A stretch of 64,000 bases of DNA from Camelus ferus (taxonomy: Eukaryota): assembly GCF_009834535.1 (NCBI RefSeq), contig NC_045696.1, forward strand, positions 57,042,001 to 57,106,000, written 5' to 3'. The position numbers and the translations under genes were made by a program. Under the pieces are notes generated by a model. It worked only from the letters and a program-made list of their open reading frames with translations. It searched no databases and was not told the DNA's origin. Of the stretch, positions 1 to 11,434 are shown piece after piece. The number at the start of each line of letters is the position of its first letter. Within the stretch, counting starts at the first letter, position 1.

Positions 1-6
1 GTAAGA
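1..6 (+). other. Possible 5' splice donor of the preceding STXBP5L exon
   Basis: Window opens with GTAAGA; the upstream exon lies outside the window, so unverifiable. Confidence 0.35.
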
Positions 7-1699
7 AATAGAGATAAGAAAGGCAGATAACTTTTAATGTTTATGTATTGTTTAAAATTTTATGTAATTGCAAGTATATTAACGGGCTGAATCTTCTTCA
101 TTGATAATAGAGTTCTTATTGTTCAATAGGTGTGTCTATGATGTCAATATTATTAATATTGTAAATGGTAACTCTTAAATATGTTCAAATTCCTATGAAT
201 ATTCAAATGAGTATTATATACATTAATTTTAACAATGTAGGACTTTTTTGGCCATACAATTACAAGTAGCAATCATTCAACATTATTAAGTAGTAAAAGC
301 TATGTATGTACTGGTATTACACATGAATTAAATATATAACCAAGTCTCTATACTTGAGGATCTTACATTCTGAATCTAGGAAGATTATAGTTAGTTGGAA
401 GGATAAACATTTATATGTACTGGCATAGTAAAATCATGAAAAATTTTAAGAAATAGAAAATTAAATAAAATGATATTTAATAAAATTTATCTTGTCTATA
501 TAGCAGCCACATCCTATACATCAACAATATTCTTTATACTTGCAATAATTATTAGTGGCATATTCTCGTCCAGAATTACCGTAATTACAAATCTTGCCTA
601 AACCTGAGTTTTATTTTAACTCTAAACTGTATAATTCTGTTACTTATATCCTCACACTAGAATGTTTTCTTCTCTACATAGGTACATTTAATGTTTGTTT
701 ATAGCTGCTCTTCTAAAGGTATGATAGATAGACAGATCAATACCTCTTTAGCCTAGCCTAATGCATAATTAGTGAAAATGACTATGGTTTTATTACTATT
801 GTCAGTAAACTATTAAAACATTTAAAATGTAATCATTATGGACGAAAATATTTCACAAATACATTCATTTCCTTCTTAAAAAGGTGTTTTATAACTTGAA
901 CTTTGCTTGAGTCTTCAGGTTCAATATTACTTACATCAGTTGTTATATAACATTGTACTTCAAGGACTATTGAAGCATTGAGCTTTATATAAACCCTGCC
1001 TAGTTGCTTGTGGCTTTTTTTTTTCTTTTTCACTTATGTATTTATTTTTGAAAGTTTTTCTCTGTCCTTCAGTTTTGGGCTGTCAGGACTTCTAATTTCC
1101 ATTGTATTATCCCCTAGTATCTAGTCTTTTGTTTTCTGCTAACTAAGAAATTTGAAACCCAACTTTGTAAAATGGAAATAAATAGGTTCATGTGAAGGCG
1201 TGAGAGGTTTCTCCATAAAATACATGATCCATGGACTTTATGGCATCTACTTTGTTATATATAAATGTATTTCTATGAGGTGCCCAACAATATCCAGCTT
1301 AATTCAATTAAAATAATATGTATTATGTTATTACTATGTAACATGCATTGTACATTTTGTTTGACATACTAAAATAGAAAATACTGTCTGTTATGGTCTA
1401 GTAGCAGAAGTAAGCCCATAAACTAGTGGTTTCTATACAACATGTGAGGTGCTTTTACAGAGACATGCTAGGAGAGCACAGCAAAAGGGCACCTTACTCT
1501 GCCTAAAGGGAGCAGGGAGGAGAATAGTGAAGAGAGAAATCATTGAAATTCTTCTTGGGGAAGGAGATGCCTGAGATGGGACTTAAGGAATGGATGATAG
1601 AATGGTGCCAGGTGGAGGGAGGAAAGGGTGAACATGAAGAGAAGGTACTTCTGAAATCAGGAATTCAAGACAAGGCAGTGTAAAGTAACGAGTAAAATC

Positions 1700-1900
1700 A
1701 CTGGTTATTAGAGTAAGACAGCTGTGTGACCTCGAAAATTTTTACTAACTCTTTTAAAATTTACTTTTATCATCAACAATATCTGTTTCATTGTAATGTT
1801 TGTGGGGATTAAATTAAATTATGCATAAAGTTTATAACATCATAAATTTGATGAGTGGCACATAGTGGATTTCTTAATAAAAAGAAGTTATTGTTATTGT
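1700..1900 (+). mobile_element. MIR SINE relic
   Basis: MIR core-like motifs (agctgtgtgacctc...gttgtggggattaaattaaa...tggcacatagt); boundaries approximate. Confidence 0.6.
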
Positions 1901-2984
1901 CATCGTCAAAGCCATGATATTTCACATCATTAAAAATTATTAACTGATCTTAAATTGATTTGTTCTAGTAATTGGTAATTCAACTTTATGTAGAAGTAAT
2001 TCTTCAGTTTTCTAATGTGAAATAAATATATTATTAATCATAATTACTATCATCCCACTTACTGTGCACTATAGTACATAGTGTCAATTTGTTGTGATTA
2101 CTACTACTATTAGAAAAGACTCCTCTAGCAGCAGTGGTTCCACAGCTCTAAATACAAGGAGACTAAAAAACAGAGGAGCACTGAAATTAAGAGTCCTGAA
2201 AGGTCTTGCCACAGCAAAATGGGCCATAGTCTGAAAGTGGAAATAAATAGCTGTATTTCCACTCCATCTAGTACACAGCAGATACTTTGTGAAGTAAAAA
2301 ATTGGGATGGTTGTAGCAGGAACTTTAAGAAGAGCTCTACCATATATGCTGCAGCAACAGAGCCTCTTAAAGGTCTGCACAGGTAACAAATGTAAGCGCT
2401 ATGTTTTCTGTCTAATTTTATCTTAGACTAGCCGTTCACAAGCCTGCTTTACATTTCTAGGGATGAACCACCATTCTGCTCAGAAACCATTGGTTCCCAA
2501 TCACCAATTTGCTTATTGTGACTCCAGTCACAATGGCTGTGGGCTTAATTTTATCCTTTAAAAAAAAAAAAAGGGATAATAATCTCTCTTCCTGCTATCG
2601 CTAGCTTTATCAGATTCTCTGTAGTTAATAAAAATTACTTTCTGCTAGTTTTTTAACCCCTTCCTATTATGATCACCTACTGATAGACTTCCTGTGTAGT
2701 TAAGTTTGCCAAGATTTAGTATACCCATCTATTAAGTGAGAAATAATATTAAATAGTATACCTATCTATTAAGTAGTTCTCTCTTTGGGATATCGTAAGG
2801 ATTAAATAATGCATGTAAAGTTCTTCACACAATAACTTGGAACATCATAAATACTCAACAAACGTTATTTTTAATATATATTATATTATGTTACACAATT
2901 TAATGTTCAATCATGTTGCCTTCATTGAGACAAAATTTTAACCCTTTTTTCTGTATTATATTTTATCTATTATTATATTTTATC

Positions 2985-3290
2985 TATTTTAAGATTTATA
3001 CAGTAGACTTTTTCCTTTTGGTGTACAGTTCTATGGCTTTTTAACACATGTATAGATTCCTGAAATCACCACATTTCCATACTCCTGCCAAATTCTCACA
3101 TGCTATCCCCTTATAGTCATACCTTTCCCTGCATAGAACCCCTGGAAACCACTGATCTGTAACTCTGCCACTATAGTTTTGCTCATTTGAGATGTCATAT
3201 AAGTGCAATTACTTATCATGTAACCTGTGAGCCTAGCTTCTTTCACTCAACATAATGCCTCTGAGATTTATTTAAGCTGTTGTCAATAAC
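2985..3290 (-). mobile_element. Old L1 3' end fragment
   Basis: ggtgtacagttctatg...cccctggaaaccactgatctg...ttctttcactcaacataatg resembles the reverse complement of an L1M 3' UTR. Confidence 0.65.
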
Positions 3291-3689
3291 ATTTAATTTT
3301 TATTAATGTTTTATGTATGTATGGAGACACTGTCAATTATATGGTTATTTCCTTAATAATAATCCATCTGGTAAGTCTCTCAAGATACACTTGTATTAAT
3401 TAGTAAAGAAGGCAGTTTTGTGTGGTATAGCATTTGCCAAATTGTGTCCCATTAATCATTTACTGTATTCATGAGAAAAAAAAATCTGTAATCAAAAAAA
3501 TTTGGGAAATCTGAGAAATTGTGGGTTATTTAAAGTAAATTGGATTCTTTACAATTTCTCAGAACATTTAATATATGGTATGAATGATAAAATCTCAAAA
3601 GGGAGATATAGTTTGTGTTTGTTTGTTTGTTTTTGCATAACACCTATTAAACTGTATTCCACAGTTTGAGATCTATTAGAACAGAAATG

Positions 3690-3940
3690 AAAAATATAGA
3701 CTTTGAAGTCTGGATTTGAATCTTTGTCCTGCCACTCACTAGCTGCTTGACACTGAACAAGTTATTTAACCTGCATTAATCCCAGACTTCTCATCTGTGA
3801 AACTGAGCTATTAGTACTTTTCTCATCAGGGTTAGGGATTACAAGATTGTGAGGACTACATAAAACTTACTTTACATATATACACAGAGCACAATACAGG
3901 ACACATGGTAAACACTGAGTAAATTGTAGCTGTTTATTAC
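3690..3940 (+). mobile_element. MIR SINE relic
   Basis: tttgaatc...ctgccactcactagctg...caagttatttaacct...ttctcatctgtgaaa; boundaries approximate. Confidence 0.7.
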
Positions 3941-5893
3941 TTAAGGCAGTACATACCACAATTTAGAACATGAGGCTTTCAAGTCTGATAAATCTGTTTT
4001 CTTTTGGGGTTTTCTGCTTAGTTGTTATTTAATCTCATTAACAAAATAAGAACAATGCTTATGAGGATTTAATATAATTATCTAAGAGTGGTTGCCTGAG
4101 CATTTTCCTGAGGAAATAGCTTTTTATTCAGTCATTCAGTAGTTTACAGAAAAGTGCATATATGTCAACAGTAAACTTCAGACCTAAGGTTTTCTGATGT
4201 GAAGTCATAATAAGCACAGAAAAGATTTTCCCCCCTTTCAAAATACTAGAAAGGACGTATTTTCCAATGTGCTTATGAATAAGGAAGAGTAAATTGCTTC
4301 TTTTCCTATGTTTGGGTTAGTATTAAGAGATTAGAGTAAATTCACTTACTTTTACATGGGAAAAAGTATATATTTATGCTATTTATTAATATTTGGAACT
4401 GAAAGCTAAGCTTAGTATGTATGAAAAGATCATATGTTCTCTGGGTCATGAACTTTATTGCAAAAGCCCATACACATTTCATTAGAAATTATTTTTAAAT
4501 CTGGAGAAATATTCTAAATAATCTAAGTAATACCTATTTTATGGAAAAAACAAACTTGCTTCTTAATACCACAATTAGTAGGATGGTTGTTCACTATGTC
4601 AAATCACTGGAGCAAAACTAATTCAAATCAACTGCTGCAGGACTCAGAGAAAATAAATGAGAGCATTTTTCCTTCTTTAGCTTACAACTTAAATATTTAC
4701 GTGAAAATATTCATATAGAATTTTAAATAAAAAGTAGTAAAGGCATTTATATGTAAATTTTGATGGAAACTTTTTAAAAAGTTTTTTTTTTGTTGTTATT
4801 ATACAGCCAAAATAAGATTAGCAAATGTCCTTTGATAATGTTTGGTACTATATACAGCACAAAATGGAAAAGAAAGGGAAATCTTACAGAGTGAGTTCTG
4901 GAAACAAGTATATGCTTCAGCTTAGCATGTGAATAGAAGTAAATTATTTACAGAAGCATATGTTCTCAAAGAATGTGGTGCAGTAAAAGTGTCTTTTATT
5001 GTTTTATTTAAAAGTTCCTCTTAAAAATTTTGGAAAATATTTTCAGTTTGGTTTTTACTTATTGAAAATATTTCATATCAACGCACATTTTCTTTTATAT
5101 ACATATGCTAGAGATAAAAGTATTAGAGAAAAGAAAAATAAAAATTATAAAGATATTTTATAACTTTCTGATAGCTATAATATTGTATGGTTATCCCAGC
5201 CCCACTCTGTTATCTAATTGTATTTTGCAATTAACAGAGATGAAAAAATTTGTTTGAAGTTAGTTTTACAAGCTAAATAGAACTGGCTGACCATAGGTAA
5301 AGCTGAAAAGAAGATCACATTTATTTTTGGTGAACTATTTTTTTCCTTACCTACTAGTTTTCTCCATCTTTTTATCATAATCCTTTCCCACAGAAACTCA
5401 TGTAGAATTTTCATGTTACCTTCTGCGATTCTGGGCTTGCCACTGTCACATTTCATTTCATGTTGAAAGTTCCTCTTTAATTTCTTAGTGATTTGCGGTC
5501 CCACATGCCTATTGGTTAATATGATAAACTAATATAATCTAATATTCTAGTTGTGGTAATTTAAAGTTTGGGAACCAACTAATAAATGTGAAGATGTTCT
5601 TTTGAGTCAGTGAGCATCTTCACCTCTCTCCAAACTCACTGCCTTTCCCTCACCTGACCTCAGCATCTTTAAACTGATTCATTAGTAGTTTTAATGGTAA
5701 GAATGTACATCCAGAAAAAGGGAAATGATAGAATAGTAATTGTTGGATGAGATATTTTGGGCCAGGGAAGGCTTTTTCTCTCTGTCAAATTACACTGTAT
5801 ATAATCCCCATGAAGCCCTGTTCTTTATTGCCTCATTCCTGTGACATTGTGTCATCTTAAAGAACTCAGTCATTTACTTTTTTTCATTTGCAG

Positions 5894-6048
5894 TGAACCA
5901 TTTATAATATTTTCTGGTGGCTTGTCCTATGACAAAGCTTGCAGAAGACCAAGTTTAACCATCATGCATGGGAAGGCAATTACAGTGCTTGAAATGGATC
6001 ATCCTATTGTTGAATTTCTAACTTTATGTGAAACACCCTATCCAAATG
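5894..6048 (+). CDS. STXBP5L: STXBP5L (tomosyn-2) coding exon A, 155 nt (approx. human exon 11)
   Basis: tttgcag| acceptor, |gtaagt donor; encodes (S)EPFIIFSGGLSYDKACRRPSLTIMHGKAITVLEMDHPIVEFLTLCETPYPN(E), recognised as tomosyn-2. Confidence 0.97.
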
Positions 6049-6176
6049 GTAAGTAACTGAAATGAAACTAGTAAAGTTGAAAAATCATTTTAGAAATGAT
6101 AAGTTACTATCAAAATTAAGCTTAAATATTTTTAGTTTTGGCAGCTGACATCTACTGTGCTACAATACTGAGCTAC

Positions 6177-6515
6177 AGGTGCTGGAGCAGGTTGTGCAAC
6201 TGTACCTACTTGACAAACTGGAAGTAAGACAGATGTAGTGCAGCAGTGCTGGAGTTTCAGGTTCTAATAGCAGGTAAGTGCTTTAAACTTTGATAAGGAT
6301 GGTGGAAGCTGAGCTGGGAGGGTCCGATAGGGGTCCAGGGTGAAATTACTTGGGGAAACTGAGGTCTCCTAATAGCCTCTCCTAGACCAGCTTCACCCAT
6401 CCCACTCCTATGCCAATCAAAGTTAAAGCACTTACCTGATATCAGTGATCTGTAACTCTGGTGGTGCTGTATCTGGTTCACATCTGGCTTTGCTTCAGAT
6501 ACAACTGTAGCACCT
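6177..6515. repeat. Long imperfect inverted repeat, possibly an ancient palindromic MITE
   Basis: 6271-6294 pairs with 6416-6438 (23 bp, one bulge); 6297-6311 with 6388-6402 (13/15); weaker pairing out to AGGTGCT/AGCACCT at the ends. Confidence 0.85.
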
Positions 6516-6809
6516 CTGATTACTCTAGGATTGCTGATGTGTGGTTAGTGACTTATTTCAATTTTGAGAATAATTAGTCAGGAGGGCTTTTGGGAGGAGA
6601 GGTGCTTTTATATTTTTATAATCTGTAATATAAAGACTTTTTATAAACATAAAAACCAGTCTACTTATGTGCAAACTGTATAATGGAATCTAATGATAAA
6701 ATATTTTGAGATCTAAAAATGGAGAGGGGTGAAATATAAAAAGGGACATATGAGTTTGTGATTAAAAACATAGTTTGTATATGTATTACTACATTTTCAA
6801 GAGGGAATG

Positions 6810-7040
6810 TATAGATGTAGGGAAAAGGTCAATGGACTTGGAGAGAAAGTATTTGGGTTTATGATTTAGCTCAGCCATTTACTAGCTATGTGACTTTGGA
6901 CAAGTCACTTTATATTTATGGGTTTGATTTATCATTTGTAGAAAGAATATTATAATATTAACCCCACTATGATTATTGGAAGATCAAAGGGAATATATTT
7001 TGTAAACTATGAAGATATATAAATTATGAGTTTTATTATA
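6810..7040 (+). mobile_element. MIR SINE relic
   Basis: gctcagccatttactagctatgtgactttggacaagtcactt MIR core. Confidence 0.7.
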
Positions 7041-9914
7041 AATGTATTAATTTGTTTTAAATTCTTGAGTTTCATATTTAAAAGATGGAATAAAGGGATA
7101 TGAAATAATCAATGTGACATTTTATTCCCAGAGTTGTCAGGGACAGACAACTGTGTTATAAATTAATCAACAAATATTTATTGAATGCTTCTATGGCCTC
7201 AGTATGACAAGAACTTGTTGAAAATACGGATGAAGTATGAAACTGATCTCTGATGTCAAATCACATAAAATCTGGCCACATGAGGAAGATAATTAGGACT
7301 TAAATTAAAAAATATAGCACTTAATTAAGTGCTGAGTTATACGGGTCAGAGTTTAAATAATGTACTAATTTATAGGCTAGTTACATAGTCACTGAAATAT
7401 TCATGCAAAGCTTCATGGAAAAAGTAGGATTTAGATAGGCCCTGAAGAATGACTTGGGTCTTGAAAAGAATATTGAATAAAGGTTTTAGAAATTGTGAGA
7501 TTTTGCTAGAGTAAGATCAATTCAGAGAAAAACTGAAAGCCTTTTGGAGGTATTTGGAAATAGGGAACTACGGGGGAATTTTGAAGGAATATTAACTGAA
7601 AGAAAGCATTTTTTTTGGTAAAATTTGCCCAAAAGTAGTGTATGGGTTTGAAGAGAGAGATGCTGAAATTTAAACTTCAGATTCCAACTGGGAAGCTTTT
7701 GTGATAATGTACATTAAAATAGTCAAGATCTGAAACAGAGTGCTGCTTGTAGGGCTGGAAAGAGGAAAACTCACTGAATTTGGTCAACAATTAGATTAGG
7801 GAGTGACATGATAGATGAGAAATAATTTAAGAATAGTGATTTCATATGCAGTAAACAGTTTTTAGAAAGAGAAAAATAAATCTGATTATGAGTCAGTGGA
7901 GTTGTTTAGACAGCAGAAAAAGACCGGGAAGAGGTCTTTAATATTTATTTATGAATCATCAGAATATAGATGCTCTTTGGAGTTATGAAAATGAATGATA
8001 AAGGAACAATAGAAGAAAAAACAGAGAACCTAAAGCTGAACTTAGGAAAATGCATTCTATTAAAGACCCTCAAAAAAGAAGGTGTGCATGCCAGTAATAG
8101 AAACTGAAAATTTGTGGTTGCAAAGATCAAACACTATATGTATGTGTGCTTATAAATTTCTGCATATCAGTAGAGATGTTAGGATAATTCGTATAGTGTT
8201 AAACAAGTTATAAGTGTACTATAACCAAGTCTAATCACTTCCAAGCCACATGTATGTCTTTGCTTTCCAGAGAAGTGGTAATGAGGCTGGGACTTTTTAT
8301 TTGCCAAGAGCTAGGAGAAATAGTTTAACTTTACTCGGTAAAATATGAATGTATTTTATAAACTCTCTAATTAAGACAATAATACGTGAAAGTACCAGAA
8401 AAAAATCCCACAATACACAACAGTATATAATGGAAACTTTCTCACTGCCCTTCCTTACTAACTATAACTAAGTTTCTTATGTGCTCCCCAAGTAAGCCAT
8501 GCATATGCATATGTGTACTTATTTATGTATATATTCATCATCCTTTTTGTACAAATGACAGCATACTCTCTGTGCTGTTCTGTATCATACTTTTTTCACT
8601 TTACAGTGTACAGTATTTTGATTGATTCCATATTAGCAAATGCAGAACTTTAATCTCCTATATAGCCAGATAGTGATAAATGTTATGTATATGTTAAACA
8701 AACTAAATTTATTAATATTTTTATATTCCTGAATTATTTATGACACCTGACAATTAAGCCTGTTTCTCAAAGAACACAAATGCCTAATCCTCTTATCTCA
8801 GGGGGCATTCCCTGAGTAACTAATCAACTATACTCAGAATTTGTTAGTTTCACATCTAGATTTAATTGAATCTGGTCTTCTACAAGTGTCATAAATAATG
8901 CATTTCTCTTCAAAGAAGTAGTCGTTATGATAGAGCTTTTCACCTTGTTGGAGACTAGGGTTGAAAGGCTGAGCCTGCTCAAAAATAACCAATCTAATAA
9001 AGAAAGTAATACTATTGACATCTATTGAGTACCAACTATAAGCCAGGTTCTGCATTAAACATCTTTATATACATCTAATCTTCATAACAGTCTAATAAGG
9101 TAGTTATTTTGCCATTTCAATGGGTAAAGAAAATGAAAATCAAAGAATTTAGCTAATTAAGACCAAATTATTAATAAATAATAGACACAAATTGAACCTA
9201 ATGCTGACTCCAAAGGAAATCTTATTACTTAGTGGTTATCACAGTTCACAAGTGCTTCTACAAAGGTGAAACTTTTGCTACCAGTTTTTATTATTTGAAA
9301 AGAAACAATAATCTAAAACAGGTATAACTACCTAAAATAATAATTTTTATGATTTTTACTTATTCATGCCAATGTCTCAGCTTTTTTATGTTTGTAGCAA
9401 CTGCCTCCCAGCCAATGAGTTTCCTAAAGAGCGGTGAGAAAACAAAGAGGAAACTAGTATTATACGGAACCCCAGTGTTCTTCAAACTGAGAAACAGAAT
9501 AAACAAAAAAAAAACCCTGGGAGTATTGAAATAACCTTGAAAAACCTTAAAACAGCTCTAAGAGATAAGGGGAAAGGGGAGAAAGGCCTCAGTTTGAGTA
9601 AAGTTCAAGTAACAAATAGTGTAAGGATTGTATACTAACGTGTAGATATGCACCCAAACAAGGGCAGCCTCCTCAGTTTGGGGGGTTTGTGTTTGTGTTT
9701 GTTTTTTGTTTTTAATTTTTTTATCATAGCCTGTGACTTACATAAAAATAAATATGAATAGGTTCTACAGCTTCTCATGACTGGGAGTGCTGTGAAGGCA
9801 ATCTATTTCAGTTTCCTATCCAAGACTTGAATACTCTTGAATACAAAATTCCTGCCAAGTGATTATTGAGTTTAGGATTGGATACCTCTTAAACTAGCCA
9901 GTAGAAACTGCTGC

Positions 9915-10095
9915 TATAATGAAAATAGCATGGGTTAAATTTTCAGCTCTATAACTTACTAGCTTTGTAAACTTGTGCCGATCTCATAACCTCTTTGGAC
10001 CTCAGTTTTCTCTATGAAATGGAAAAATGATAGTACCTGCTCTAGCTACTGAGAATCAAATACCATGTATGTAAAATGCTTTTGTAAATACTTTT
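9915..10095 (+). mobile_element. MIR SINE relic
   Basis: acttactagctttgtaa...aacctctttggacctcagttttctc...aatgatagtacct. Confidence 0.65.
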
Positions 10096-11010
10096 TCCTT
10101 AAATTGAGCAAACACTGTAACTGTGGCTTTCCTTTGTTAGTCTTTTATTATAGATAGAAACAATGTCTTCCCTGAGCACTATAACTAAATTAGCACTTCC
10201 CCACCAACCACAAGTACATTTCTTATACTATTACCTTTGTTAATTTTTTTTACAGTTTACATTAGTTTCTGAGTTAATCTTACTTATTTACTTGTTCCTT
10301 GTTTTTATATCCCTAGAATATAGACCGAGAATAAAGATCTTGTCTATCTTATTCCCTGTTTAGCCTTTGTTCTTAGTTTCTGCACCATATTGAAGGAAGA
10401 AAGTAGGGCTGGAGAAAGGGAGAAAGGGAGAGTTGAATTTTAAGAACTTGAAAATGTTAGGCTATCCTGACTCTGCTTTTTTGAGATATATACTCTTGGG
10501 CACATAGTAGGCAGTCTGAGTACCGGTTAAATCACATTGAATTGAAAGTAAATTTTTTAGTATAAGTGTTGCACTCATAGGGAGGTGACTATGTGTCATA
10601 GCTGAGAGAAGCAGAACTATTTCCTTAGTATATCTCCTTGTAGTCATGAAATCAAATCTGAAATGGAAGTTATGGAAGACTAAGATAAATGTGAGATGGA
10701 GGTGACAGACCCTCTCTTTTCAAATAATCTACTATTATCACTACCTCACGATTATTGAGATATATTTAACTCTGTGCTATGCAACTTCTCATTTTGTCCT
10801 TGTTCTCTATAATGGTCTTAAACAGTGAGTTTGAGAAACACAACATATATTTTTTAAAAGTGGTCTTTGTTACTCCTTACTTTGGCTCATATTTTGATCT
10901 TCTCAAGTCATTTAAATAACATTTGTACAGGAGATAAAGGAAATGCCAGTTTGGTGATTTTATAAAATATGAAATCTGAAAATGTTTCCCTTTTTCCTTC
11001 CTACTTATAG

Positions 11011-11083
11011 AATTTCAAGAACCCTATGCCGTTGCAGTACTTCTGGAGAAAGATCTCATTGTAGTTGATCTGACACAAAGCAA
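11011..11083 (+). CDS. STXBP5L: STXBP5L coding exon B, 73 nt
   Basis: cttatag| ... |gtaagt; encodes (E)FQEPYAVAVLLEKDLIVVDLTQS(N); phases match neighbours. Confidence 0.97.
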
Positions 11084-11181
11084 GTAAGTTATCCATGTTC
11101 AGAGTAACACTATGTTTAAACTCTATTTATTGCAGTTAAAACATAGTAGGACATCATAGATAATTGGCATTATAATTCTTT

Positions 11182-11434
11182 TTTTTGAGATTTTTAAAAA
11201 ATTTTATTTTTTATTGAAGTGTAGTTGATTTACAATGTTAGTTTCAGGTATATAGCAAAGGCAATTCAGTTATACATATACACATATATTGTCAGATTAA
11301 TTTCCATTATAGCTTATTACAAGACATCAAATATAGTTCCCTGTGCTATACAGTAGGTCCTTGTTGTTTACCTATTTTATATATAGTAGTGTGTGTCTGT
11401 TAATCCCAAACTCCTAATTTATCCCTCCCCACTA
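11182..11434 (-). mobile_element. 5'-truncated cetartiodactyl-type L1 3' end with target-site duplication
   Basis: T-rich tail then ttattgaagtgtagttgatttacaatg...atagttccctgtgctatacagtagg; flanked by gcatta(t/g)aattcttt at 11167-11181 and 11435-11449. Confidence 0.9.

Noticed and set aside
8797..8816. Short hairpin ctcaggg...ccctgag
   Set aside because: A 7-bp stem is expected by chance in 64 kb.
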